Made by a program: the position numbers and the translations under genes. Below the pieces are notes generated by a model that was not told where the DNA came from, ran no database searches, and was given only the letters and a program-made list of their open reading frames with translations. From the NCBI GenBank assembly GCA_020437395.1, contig JAGQWJ010000001.1:37236-101235 (forward strand): DNA of 64,000 nucleotides, in the 5' to 3' direction. Within the stretch, counting starts at the first letter, position 1, and the number at the start of each line of letters is the position of its first letter. This DNA comes from Ignavibacteriota bacterium. GTDB lineage: Bacteria > Bacteroidota > Ignavibacteria > Kapaibacteriales > UBA2268. Below, in pieces: positions 10,557 to 19,855 of this stretch.

Positions 10557-10768
10557 ATAATTCCCCTTTTTGAGAAAAAAAGGGGTGGCAGACGCACGTA
10601 GTGTGTCTGACGGGGTATTTACATATCCACAAAATTTATTATTAACTGAATCTATAGATCTATTGTTATACTTTTTTACACTATTTTTTTGTCTTTCTAC
10701 TCTTCAAACACCCCGTCAGCTAAAGCTGCCACCCCTCTTTCGCTGTGCTTAAAGAGGGGAATTCAGCA
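10557..10768. repeat. MITE-like non-coding element with ~50-bp imperfect terminal inverted repeats, each carrying an internal hairpin
   Basis: Left arm TCCCCTTTTTGAGAAAAAAAGGGGTGGCAG...CTGACGGGGT. Right arm ACCCCGTCAG..CTGCCACCCCTCTTT..AAAGAGGGGA. About 95 bp of AT-rich non-coding core. Confidence 0.45.
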
Positions 10769-10977
10769 TGTAATATTTTGCCGTTGACTTTAGTCAAGGG
10801 ATAAAGACATTTTCCCAAATAAAGTGACTTCAAGTCACATTAAAAACTATCATTTTTTTTACTATTTAATTCAAGATTAATAAACTTGAAATACATAAAA
10901 AGCTTATTTCATTGTTATCATCATATTTTTTCGGAACTTGCCGTCTTTTATTTTTCAAAAAACGATAATTAACTCAG

Positions 10978-12516
10978 ATGCAAACTCTTATAAATTTCTT
11001 TACTCCAACAGAAAAAATAGACTATAAAACGGAAGTCCTATCTGGACTAACAGTAGCTTTAGCTCTAGTACCAGAGGCAGTTGCCTTCGCTCTAATTGCA
11101 GGTTTGTCGCCATTAACTGGGCTCTACGCTGCCTTCGTTATGGGGTTGATAACATCGATTTTCGGTGGACGCCCAGGTATGATATCTGGTGCTACTGGTG
11201 CAGTGGCAGTCGTGCTAGTATCATTAGTAATAACGCATGGGGTTGAATATGTGTTCGCGGCTGTTATTTTAGCAGGTATTTTCCAAGTAATAACTGGAGT
11301 ACTAAAGTTAGGTAAACTCATGCGGTTAGTGCCACACCCCGTGATATTCGGCTTTGTGAATGGGTTGGCTATTATAATTTTCTCCTCACAGCTAGACCAA
11401 TTCAAAGATTCAACCGGCAATTGGATGGTTGGTGAACAGCTTTATATATTTATGGGGTTAGTACTACTTTCTATGCTTATTATATGGGGTTTACCTAAGA
11501 TAAGTAAGGCAATTCCAGCTTCTTTAGTAGCAATTCTTTCTATATTTGGGATTGTAGTTGCTCTTGGTATAGAGACAAGAACCGTAGGCGATATAGCGTC
11601 TATCTCAGGTGGATTTCCTCCTTTTCATATACCTTCAGTTCCAATAGATATGGAAATGTTTATGGTGATATTACCATACTCCGCAGTGATAGCAGCAGTA
11701 GGTTTAATAGAGAGTTTACTTACACTGAACATAATAGACGAAATTACTGAAACTCGTGGACGTGGTAACAAAGAAGCCGTAGCACAGGGTGCTGCGAACA
11801 TACTATCTGGCTTCTTCTCTGGTATGGGTGGTTGTGCCATGATAGGCCAAAGTTTGATTAATATCTCATCTGGTGCTAGAGCTAGACTTTCGGGTATTGT
11901 AGCCGCTGTGATGCTTCTTGTCTTTATCATGTTCGGTGCTGGTCTAATAGAAAAACTGCCTATGGCTGCTTTGACAGGACTTATGATAATGGTATCAATC
12001 GGAACATTTGAATGGGCAAGTTTTAAGACATTGCGTAGGATGCCGAAATCAGATATTTTCGTTATGGTCTTAGTTACTATGGTAACAGCAGTGCTCCACA
12101 ATCTTGCAATAGCTGTAGTAGTAGGTGTTATTATAGCTGCTCTTGTTTTTGCATGGGACAATGCAAAAAGAATCAGGGCAAGGAAATATGTTGACGAAAA
12201 AGGTGTGAAACATTACGAGATTTATGGGCCTCTTTTCTTTGGTTCGGTAACTGTTTTCAACGAAAAATTCGATGTATTAGGTGACCCAAATGAAATAGTT
12301 ATTGATTTCGCGGAGAGCCGAGTTGTCGATATGTCTGCAATAGAAGCTCTAAATAGGTTAACTGGAAGATATAGCAAACTAGGAAAGGTAGTCCACCTGC
12401 GTCACTTAAGTAGTGATTGTCGTAAATTGCTCAAGGATGCTGAAGCCATCATAGATGTGAACGTAATAGAAGACCCGACTTACAAATTACCAGTTGATGA
12501 GGTAAACGGAGAATAA
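10978..12516 (+). CDS. SulP-family anion (sulfate/bicarbonate) transporter with C-terminal STAS domain
   Basis: 512 aa. Multi-TM Sulfate_transp core and C-terminal STAS-like segment. Confidence 0.85.
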   Translation: MQTLINFFTPTEKIDYKTEVLSGLTVALALVPEAVAFALIAGLSPLTGLYAAFVMGLITSIFGGRPGMISGATGAVAVVLVSLVITHGVEYVFAAVILAGIFQVITGVLKLGKLMRLVPHPVIFGFVNGLAIIIFSSQLDQFKDSTGNWMVGEQLYIFMGLVLLSMLIIWGLPKISKAIPASLVAILSIFGIVVALGIETRTVGDIASISGGFPPFHIPSVPIDMEMFMVILPYSAVIAAVGLIESLLTLNIIDEITETRGRGNKEAVAQGAANILSGFFSGMGGCAMIGQSLINISSGARARLSGIVAAVMLLVFIMFGAGLIEKLPMAALTGLMIMVSIGTFEWASFKTLRRMPKSDIFVMVLVTMVTAVLHNLAIAVVVGVIIAALVFAWDNAKRIRARKYVDEKGVKHYEIYGPLFFGSVTVFNEKFDVLGDPNEIVIDFAESRVVDMSAIEALNRLTGRYSKLGKVVHLRHLSSDCRKLLKDAEAIIDVNVIEDPTYKLPVDEVNGE

Positions 12517-12556
12517 AAAAAAAGAGACTGATTTTTTTTATTCAGTCTCTTTGGAA
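12515..12556. terminator. Bidirectional rho-independent terminator
   Basis: AAGAGACTGA-T8AT-TCAGTCTCTT is a perfect 10-bp stem flanked by an A-run and T-run. It lies between convergent genes. Confidence 0.7.
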
Positions 12557-12581
12557 ATTACTTTACTTAATATTAATTCGG

Positions 12582-13343
12582 TTATAGAATTGCCCAAGGC
12601 AAAATATCTATTTTGGCTTTTTTGCCGTTCAATGTTTCTATCTCTATTCCTACCAAACCGAATTTGTGATTAGTATAATATGATACCTTTTGCAGCAACG
12701 GGTCAACCGGTTGTGTCTCTTCAACTTTCGTCACTTTTATATAGAAGAACCCAAGTGGGTACTCATCTTCAGTCGATTTAGAAACAATCTCTCTTGTGTA
12801 TTCCAAACCATCATCCGTTTTAAACGAATATTTTGTCCCTACTCCGTCACCATATTTAACCAAAGTGAATGGCTTGTTAGTATTGCCTTTGCTGTAAACA
12901 AAATCTTGTATTCCTTTGTCGGTTGCCTTTACTTTAATTTCCGTTGTAACGGTCATATTCTTTTTATCAGAACTGTCAAGTTTTGCATCGAATCGTTTCA
13001 AAAAGTGGTCAACAATTTCTCGTCTTGTTGGTTCAGGCAAGACTTCAATTCCAAGAAGCGTATCAACTTCTGTCAATATGGCCTCATCGAAAACAAATTT
13101 GCAACTCAATGTAGTAATTCCGTTTTCACGTTTGGTAACTACAACACTATCTTCAACTTGACTTAAGACACCCTTAGTGTCGCCCTCCATCTCTAAGTAA
13201 ATACCGAATTCGCTTCCCACTTCGGTCGCTTCTAAATCAGTATTACCGTCTAATACATTCGGATCTGTACTGCTATCATCAGAACAAGATGCAAACACTA
13301 ATAAGCCAAAAATTATGGCAATTGAAAACAAATATTTCTTCAT
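12582..13343 (-). CDS. Hypothetical lipoprotein
   Basis: Lipobox LVFASC. No recognisable family. Confidence 0.4.
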   Translation of the reverse strand: MKKYLFSIAIIFGLLVFASCSDDSSTDPNVLDGNTDLEATEVGSEFGIYLEMEGDTKGVLSQVEDSVVVTKRENGITTLSCKFVFDEAILTEVDTLLGIEVLPEPTRREIVDHFLKRFDAKLDSSDKKNMTVTTEIKVKATDKGIQDFVYSKGNTNKPFTLVKYGDGVGTKYSFKTDDGLEYTREIVSKSTEDEYPLGFFYIKVTKVEETQPVDPLLQKVSYYTNHKFGLVGIEIETLNGKKAKIDILPWAIL

Positions 13344-13453
13344 AAATAAATCCTCAAATATGTGTGAAAAAAAAATAATTCTTTTTCATATATAAAGACG
13401 TTTTTATCTTTTATTTTGTTTCAGTGAAACTCATAAAAATGGAAGAAAATTTA

Positions 13454-14602
13454 TTAGATTTTAATAAATGCTTTTGTGAATCTGAAGGTTGCTGTATTGA
13501 CAACTAACAAGTACATTCCACTCTGTAAATTTGTGATTTCTATGCTATTTGAGTAAGTATCTGGGGCAAATGACAATAGCTCACGACCAGAAAGCTCATA
13601 GATTTTTATATCATTAATTTCAACGTTTCTATTCTTTTTCAGATTAATAAAATCACTTGTCGGATTAGGAAAGATATCTAATACAATATCTGTGCTATCT
13701 TCAACAGAGCTAATAGTGTCCAAATTAGCTAATTCGAAGATAGAAGCAATTGCAACTTGACTTATTTGGTGATGAAAATCAAGACTCATAACTGCAATTT
13801 TATCATCGGAGCTATGATAAGTAGGATTAAAATCATTTGTGTAAAACCCCTCCGTTAGAAAGATAGCAGGGTAGTCAAATGTCCAAAAAGAATAATGGTC
13901 ACTTCTATCAGTACCTGGGATCTGAGTTGATTTTTCTAAATCAAATTTGTTATCAGTTAAGATGCTTGTAACTTTATCACTCAGAAAAATATTCTTCGGA
14001 TTAAAACCAATATGTACTTCAAACAAATAATCGTTGTTCCCATCGTATCCAATCATATCCAAATTAATAACCCCTGCAATCATCTCCCCTCGTTCTCTTG
14101 AACTTTTTGCATAGTTGTAACTGCCGATTAAACCTTTTTCTTCCTCATCCCAAAGAGCATAGACAATACTGTATTCGAATTTATATTTCGATAATATTCT
14201 AGCAGCTTCTAACACAGCTGAAGTACCACTGGCGTTGTCGTCTGCACAAAATTCATCCACTGAGTCATAATGAGCACAAATCATAAAGACAGAATCTGGA
14301 TATAGACTACCCGTTTGAAATGCTATAACGTTGTTGCCTCCAGTTCTATAATTATCAATTCTAGTTTCAAGACCATAGCTTTCCAATCGTGTTTTAAGAT
14401 ATTTACTCGCCATCTCTCTTCCGAAAACAGTTTTCCTATTTTGTATAATTCCTAACTTATCGACTACCTCTGCGCCAGTGAGTTGCTTCAATGACAGAAG
14501 TAAAGAATCGGCGCTTACTTCATCGATAATTGACTTAGTTGTTTGAGCGGTTAAAAAAAGAGTTGTGAAAAGAAATAAAATTGATACAATTGCTAATTTC
14601 AT
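13454..14602 (-). CDS. M28-family zinc aminopeptidase with T9SS C-terminal sorting domain
   Basis: M28 motifs (MICAHYDSV, DDNASGTSAVLE, EEKGLIGS, NLDMIG). C-terminus SGMYLLVVNTATFRFTKAFIKI is a typical Por/T9SS sorting domain. Confidence 0.75.
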   Translation of the reverse strand: MKLAIVSILFLFTTLFLTAQTTKSIIDEVSADSLLLSLKQLTGAEVVDKLGIIQNRKTVFGREMASKYLKTRLESYGLETRIDNYRTGGNNVIAFQTGSLYPDSVFMICAHYDSVDEFCADDNASGTSAVLEAARILSKYKFEYSIVYALWDEEEKGLIGSYNYAKSSRERGEMIAGVINLDMIGYDGNNDYLFEVHIGFNPKNIFLSDKVTSILTDNKFDLEKSTQIPGTDRSDHYSFWTFDYPAIFLTEGFYTNDFNPTYHSSDDKIAVMSLDFHHQISQVAIASIFELANLDTISSVEDSTDIVLDIFPNPTSDFINLKKNRNVEINDIKIYELSGRELLSFAPDTYSNSIEITNLQSGMYLLVVNTATFRFTKAFIKI

Positions 14603-14685
14603 ATATTCTGATTGGTTTTTTTAAAATTAAGAAGTTGTAAGATAAGTAAATATAATTTTATAGAGTAGAAAATGTGATCCTAATG

Positions 14686-15150
14686 TCAATGAATAATTTT
14701 CACAATTTCTTTTGCGTACCTATCTGGATTGATAGTATGAGTTCTCTGATATATTTTGATTGAGAATACTATTAGTTCTGACGCTCCTAACATAGCAAGG
14801 ATAAATATAATATTACCTAAGATATTATCTTTGAAAATAAAGGACAATAAACCCATAATAGCTATAAAAATATATGCTAATATCCTAAAACCAATTACTA
14901 ATGATTTTTTATCGGTTTCTGTATAACTTACATTTAGATCTATTCTATTATCTTCTATTCGACCTTTGATGTTTACCAATTCACTCATCGAATTAAGGTT
15001 GAAATTATTAGCGTTAAAAGTACCATAATACTTTTTATTTTTAATCATATTTTTCACAGATGCTTTATCTGATGTGAAAGATTTTAAACGATTGACCGCT
15101 TCATCTTGATCGACTGTAATAGGAAAACTGTATTCTTTAGTTACTCTCAT
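14686..15150 (-). CDS. Hypothetical membrane protein (two C-terminal TM helices)
   Basis: ORF with hydrophobic C-terminal half. No family recognised. Confidence 0.35.
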   Translation of the reverse strand: MRVTKEYSFPITVDQDEAVNRLKSFTSDKASVKNMIKNKKYYGTFNANNFNLNSMSELVNIKGRIEDNRIDLNVSYTETDKKSLVIGFRILAYIFIAIMGLLSFIFKDNILGNIIFILAMLGASELIVFSIKIYQRTHTINPDRYAKEIVKIIH

Positions 15151-15160
15151 TTACGAATAT

Positions 15161-15197
15161 AAAAAAAAACCGATTTCCTGTTAAAGAAATCGGTTCT
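15161..15197 (-). terminator. Rho-independent terminator after the flagellin gene
   Basis: Minus-strand hairpin AACCGATTTC/GAAATCGGTT followed by a U9 run, just 3' of the flagellin stop. Confidence 0.7.
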
Positions 15198-15223
15198 TTG
15201 AATTATAGTTAATGCTTGGTCTC

Positions 15224-16159
15224 TTATTGTTGCAGTAGCTGCAAGAATGCTTGTGGATTCTGGTTCGCTTGTGAAAGCGAAGTCAGAGATGTTTGCTGTA
15301 AGAACTGTGCCTTGATCAGAGACAGTTGTTCCATAGCTACATCTGCGTCCTCAAGACGAGAGATTGCTGCATTGTAATTGGTTACTTGTTCTTCTATCAA
15401 CGAAGTTTGCGAATCTAATCTATTTGCCAAACCACCAACGAATGATGCAGTCTTGCTCACATTGTTGAGTGCTTCTGTTAAAGATGTCAAAGTAACATTG
15501 ATAACAGAATCAGCAAAAATACCCAAATCCGTATCGTTCACGGCATTCAAGCTTGTTAAATCTAAGCCCGTAATACCAGCGAAGTTTGAAGTATTAATTG
15601 AATTCAAATCGAAGTTATTACTTTCAACGTTGAATTCCGTGTTACTAGTTGATAGATTGACTGCCATAGAAAGTAGGTCATTAGTTGCGTTAGTTGCAAT
15701 ATAGAAATTAACGCTATAAGTACCGTCCAATAGCTGTCTGCCACCAAATACCGTCGAGTCAACAACTGTTTGAATCTGTTGTGCCATTCTCCAAGCCGCT
15801 TTAGCAAGTGCGATTTTTTCATCCGTTCCCATCGCTCCTGATGCAGCACCCGAAGTACTATCTTTAATCAATGTTATCAACTCACTGATATTATCGAGTG
15901 AATCCATAGCAATATTAGTGATATTTTTGGCATCGCCAACCACTTTCAGTGACGCTTTTAGGGCACCGTTTCTTGCCTGTAAAGCTCTTGAAGTGATGTA
16001 AGCCGCAACGTCGTCCGATGCGTTGTTGATCCGTTTACCTGTCGAGAGTCTTAGTTGCCTTAAAGAAATCTCTAAACCTGATTTTTTCAAAGAATTATAA
16101 GCATTCTCCGCAGGTATATTCGTAACTATTCTGGCGCTCTCACTAGATGCAAAAGGCAT
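15224..16159 (-). CDS. fliC: Flagellin (copy 1)
   Basis: Conserved flagellin N-terminal helix (LSTGKRINNASDDVAAY) and C-terminal helix (RLEDADVAMEQ...LSQANQNPQAFLQLLQQ). Confidence 0.8.
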   Translation of the reverse strand: MPFASSESARIVTNIPAENAYNSLKKSGLEISLRQLRLSTGKRINNASDDVAAYITSRALQARNGALKASLKVVGDAKNITNIAMDSLDNISELITLIKDSTSGAASGAMGTDEKIALAKAAWRMAQQIQTVVDSTVFGGRQLLDGTYSVNFYIATNATNDLLSMAVNLSTSNTEFNVESNNFDLNSINTSNFAGITGLDLTSLNAVNDTDLGIFADSVINVTLTSLTEALNNVSKTASFVGGLANRLDSQTSLIEEQVTNYNAAISRLEDADVAMEQLSLIKAQFLQQTSLTSLSQANQNPQAFLQLLQQ

Positions 16160-16212
16160 ATTAACCTCTTATATATTAGTGAAAATATTATTAATTATGT
16201 TTTTCATTTTTT

Positions 16213-17157
16213 CTACTCCAACAATCTCAAATATGATTGAGGCGATACATTAGCTTGCGATAGAGATTGCAACGCAGTTTGTTGCATAAATTGCCTTTTG
16301 ACTATCTCCAATTGCTCCCTCGCAACATCAGCATCTTCTATTCTGCTGATAGTATCTTTATATCCTGTTATTTGCTCAGTCAAAAATTCTGATTGTGATT
16401 CTAATCTTTTACTAAACCCACCAACATAAGATGCTGTGTTAGTAATATTATCCAGAGCTTCCGAAAGACTAGCCATAGTTGTGGCTATATTGTTATCAGA
16501 AAAAATTCCCAGATTATTAGAATCGACAGTGTTTAGCTCACGTAGGTCAAGCCCAGTTACTCCAGCAAAATTTGTTATTCCCATAGCATTTACATCGAAA
16601 AAACCAGACTCAGTATTGAAATTTGGATTTGCTGTCCCCATATCAATAGATAAGGTTTGTAAATTATTCGATGCGTTTACCGAAATAACAAAATTAGCCG
16701 AGAAAGTACCATCTATTAGACTTCTGCCACCAAATACAGAACTATCTACAATAGTTTGTATCTGAGACGCCAACCTGTAAGCAGCTTTTGAAAGAGCAAT
16801 TTTTTCGTCTGTCCCTTGTATCCCACTAGCTGCTTGAGCAGTAGAATCTTTTATTTCTGTAACTAAGTCAACAATGTTATCAAGAGATTCTAAAATAATA
16901 TTGACAACATTACCTGCGTCAGCTACAGCTTGGTAAGCAGACTGTAAAGTACTATTTCGGGATTGTAATATTCTGGAGGTTGGATAATTTGCAATATCAT
17001 CGGAAGCATTATTAATTTGCTTTCCGGTTGACAAATTCAATTGGTGTTTATTCAATTCCAATGTTGAATCTCTCATCGCTTTCAGATGACTTGCTGCCGG
17101 TGTATTACTGCTAATCCTTGCACTATTGCCCACCGAAAAAGGCATATTCACCTCCAT
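16213..17157 (-). CDS. fliC: Flagellin (copy 2, tandem paralog). The true start is probably the internal MPFSVGNS.
   Basis: Same flagellin N- and C-terminal domains (RIEDADVAREQ...LSQANVSPQSYLRLLE). 53-bp spacer to copy 1. Confidence 0.8.
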   Translation of the reverse strand: MEVNMPFSVGNSARISSNTPAASHLKAMRDSTLELNKHQLNLSTGKQINNASDDIANYPTSRILQSRNSTLQSAYQAVADAGNVVNIILESLDNIVDLVTEIKDSTAQAASGIQGTDEKIALSKAAYRLASQIQTIVDSSVFGGRSLIDGTFSANFVISVNASNNLQTLSIDMGTANPNFNTESGFFDVNAMGITNFAGVTGLDLRELNTVDSNNLGIFSDNNIATTMASLSEALDNITNTASYVGGFSKRLESQSEFLTEQITGYKDTISRIEDADVAREQLEIVKRQFMQQTALQSLSQANVSPQSYLRLLE

Positions 17158-17440
17158 GTGAATATTTTTTTCCTAAAATCTTTCTTCCTACTATGTCTTT
17201 TACAATGCTTGTGCCAAAAAAAATTTCCTCTGTAAACCGAATAAGATTTTCGCTGTTAGTTAAACCGTCCTTCGCCTTGCTATCAGGTCGTTTTAGCGTA
17301 TTGCTAAATCGCATGATTTACTCCTAAAATTATTATTAATTGCCAATTCTCCGAGAAAATATGTAGTTTTGAGAAATGAAAAAAGTTTCAAAAAGAAAGG
17401 ATAGTATTCAATATATTTTTTTATTGGTTAATATTGTACA

Positions 17441-18046
17441 ATGACGAGAAAACAAAACAACACTAAGAATATTATTAATCCCGAGGTATTAATCCAAGCT
17501 TATAAGCAGGGCTATTTTCCAATGGCAGATCATAAATATGGTGAAATTTATTGGCATTGTCCCGACCCTAGAGCTGTGATACCATTAGATAGCCCCAGAA
17601 AGCCAAAATCTCTGAAACGTTCCGAAAATAAATATGAGTTTGAATATAAGATAAACCAACGTTTTCTAGAAGTTATAACCAGATGTTCTGAAAGAGATGA
17701 CACATGGATTTCTGACGAGATTATTGATAGCTATATGAAACTTCACGAAACTAAAATGGTACATTCGATAGAAACTTATGTAGAAGGAGAGTTAGTAGGT
17801 GGTCTCTATGGTGTTGCCATAGGCGGAGCTTTTTTTGGCGAATCAATGTTCAACACAGTAACCGATGCTAGTAAAGGTGCTTTTTTTCACCTGATCGAAA
17901 GACTCAAACAAAGGAACTTCCTTCTCTTAGATTCTCAATATATAAATCCATTCACTCAGCAGCTTGGAGCTATAGAAATTACTTATGCTGATTATATAAA
18001 AAGATTAATTAAAGCTATTAATTTATCTACAACTTTCGTAGATTAG
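17441..18046 (+). CDS. aat: Leucyl/phenylalanyl-tRNA--protein transferase
   Basis: AYKQGYFPM...WHCPDPRAVIPLD matches the Aat signature. About 200 aa. Confidence 0.8.
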   Translation: MTRKQNNTKNIINPEVLIQAYKQGYFPMADHKYGEIYWHCPDPRAVIPLDSPRKPKSLKRSENKYEFEYKINQRFLEVITRCSERDDTWISDEIIDSYMKLHETKMVHSIETYVEGELVGGLYGVAIGGAFFGESMFNTVTDASKGAFFHLIERLKQRNFLLLDSQYINPFTQQLGAIEITYADYIKRLIKAINLSTTFVD

Positions 18047-18049
18047 CTT

Positions 18050-19855
18050 ATGAAATTATTATACTTTATTCTCTTTACTGTTATCTTGGTATCCTGTCGC
18101 CCCCCTTTAGATAAGGACAAATCAATTGATTGCGATGTTATACCACCCCAATGCTTACCCACGATGTGGATGGGTAAAGCTATAGATACTTCATTTTACA
18201 ACGGTAACAAGAATTATTACTACCAAATAAAACAAGTAGAAGGTCTGAACACCCAACAACAAGAGTATAGTATATATCTAAACAATGTAGTTTATTCCAT
18301 AGGTAAGAAACAAAAAGCAAATTTCGCTACTATTACTAAAGATAAAAATCAACGTATCTACCATATTCAACAAGATTTTGACCCTTTGACAGGAACTTTA
18401 GAGAGTGATAGATTCAAAGTAGGACAGGAGCTATTCGATTCCTATGAATCTGAAGATTTCGGTTTTCCAGTCTATATATCACCCAATAAACTTATAGTTT
18501 CTTCTACTCGGATGAGCGAAAGGAACTTTCCTTCAAAAAAAAGTGGTGGATTAGAGCTGCAAGACTTAAACGCAACAATTGGACAGTCTAGAATCTATGA
18601 TTCGGAAAATGAAATGATATCTCAAATTGAAACTAATTTGGGAAATGAAAACACACATTTAGTTTGGGAATCGCATCCCTCGTATGTCAGTAAAAATAAT
18701 ATTTTATTCTTTGCTTCTGATAGACCGGGTGGATACGGAGGAGTAGATATATGGTATATGGTTCGAACACAAAACGGCTGGAGTGAACCAATTAATTGTG
18801 GCACTAATGTGAACTCTACTTGTGATGATATAACTCCTTTTGTTTCACCAGAATCGAATAGGCTCTATTTCAGCACAACTGGTAGGGATAACGTTGGAGG
18901 TTATGACATATTCTATACTGATTTTACTTTTAAAAATGATGAAGTTCTATTCCCAATAGCACCAACTAATATTGGTGTACCAATTAATACACCTTATGAC
19001 GAATTTTCGCCAAGTTTCCCTAACTATTCGGAAAATTATTTTTACTACAGCTCTGATCAGGACGGCGACTTCGATATATACGTCAGAATAAAGAAGTTTA
19101 AAGAAGGAAAAGATAGCATAGAATTTGAACCTATAGAAAAGCCTGAAGAAAAGATTGACATTGTAATTAATGAAGATACTTTAGTAATAAATCCTACTTT
19201 TAACTTAGAAGGAGTTGTCAAAGATAACAGAACTAATAAACCAGTAGAAAATGTAGATGTAACGGTTAAAAAAGACAAAGAAGTAAATCCACACAAATCA
19301 ACTAAAACTGACCAAAAAGGCAAATATAAATTTGAGTTAGAGAAAGGTCATGAATATAAAGTCGAAGTTAAGAACGATACACTTTTTAATGATTCGTACA
19401 AAGTATTCGTTGGAAGAAACGATACCAGCAATACTATAACGAAGAACCTTGTTTTTGATATAGTGAAAACGGTAAGAATAAATTTCAAATACGACCAATC
19501 GGATAAACCTTATGAATATATTTTGGACAGCTTAGGAAATGAGGAAAATACCACTTGGCAAGAAGCTATAGATTTCCTAGCCGAAGATATATTGAAATCA
19601 CAATCACTACTCTCGAAAGTGATTATTACAGGACACACAGACCCAATTGCAAGCAATAACTACAACAAGAAATTAGCACAAAAGCGAGCTGAGTTTGTTG
19701 TTTCGCAACTAGTGCAAAGAGGAATACCAATATACTTATTGGTTGCCAAAAGTAAGGGTGAGACGGAAAAATTAATTAAATTAGACAACGAATCAGAAGA
19801 ACAATACCATAAAAGATTACGTAGAGTAACTTTAGAAAAAATATTTACAAAATGA
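18050..19855 (+). CDS. OmpA-family lipoprotein with PD40/TolB-like beta-propeller repeats and C-terminal OmpA domain
   Basis: Lipobox. Repeated SDRPGG..DIWY / SDQDGDFDIY (PD40) blocks. C-terminal GHTDPIASNNYNKKLAQKRAEFV OmpA peptidoglycan-binding motif. Confidence 0.65.
   Translation: MKLLYFILFTVILVSCRPPLDKDKSIDCDVIPPQCLPTMWMGKAIDTSFYNGNKNYYYQIKQVEGLNTQQQEYSIYLNNVVYSIGKKQKANFATITKDKNQRIYHIQQDFDPLTGTLESDRFKVGQELFDSYESEDFGFPVYISPNKLIVSSTRMSERNFPSKKSGGLELQDLNATIGQSRIYDSENEMISQIETNLGNENTHLVWESHPSYVSKNNILFFASDRPGGYGGVDIWYMVRTQNGWSEPINCGTNVNSTCDDITPFVSPESNRLYFSTTGRDNVGGYDIFYTDFTFKNDEVLFPIAPTNIGVPINTPYDEFSPSFPNYSENYFYYSSDQDGDFDIYVRIKKFKEGKDSIEFEPIEKPEEKIDIVINEDTLVINPTFNLEGVVKDNRTNKPVENVDVTVKKDKEVNPHKSTKTDQKGKYKFELEKGHEYKVEVKNDTLFNDSYKVFVGRNDTSNTITKNLVFDIVKTVRINFKYDQSDKPYEYILDSLGNEENTTWQEAIDFLAEDILKSQSLLSKVIITGHTDPIASNNYNKKLAQKRAEFVVSQLVQRGIPIYLLVAKSKGETEKLIKLDNESEEQYHKRLRRVTLEKIFTK

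Noticed and set aside
10570-10752. 60-aa ORF inside the inverted-repeat element
   Set aside because: It spans the GC-rich inverted-repeat arms and the AT-rich core. No SD sequence. The composition is an artefact of the repeat structure.
17118-17327. Two overlapping small ORFs (69 and 63 aa) in the flagellin / aat divergent intergenic region
   Set aside because: No SD sequence or conserved features. The region is more plausibly promoter/leader DNA.
17158-17440. σ28 (FliA) promoter upstream of flagellin copy 2
   Set aside because: I could not find TAAA-N15-GCCGATAA or its variants by eye on the minus strand, so I do not call a promoter. A formal PWM scan is needed.
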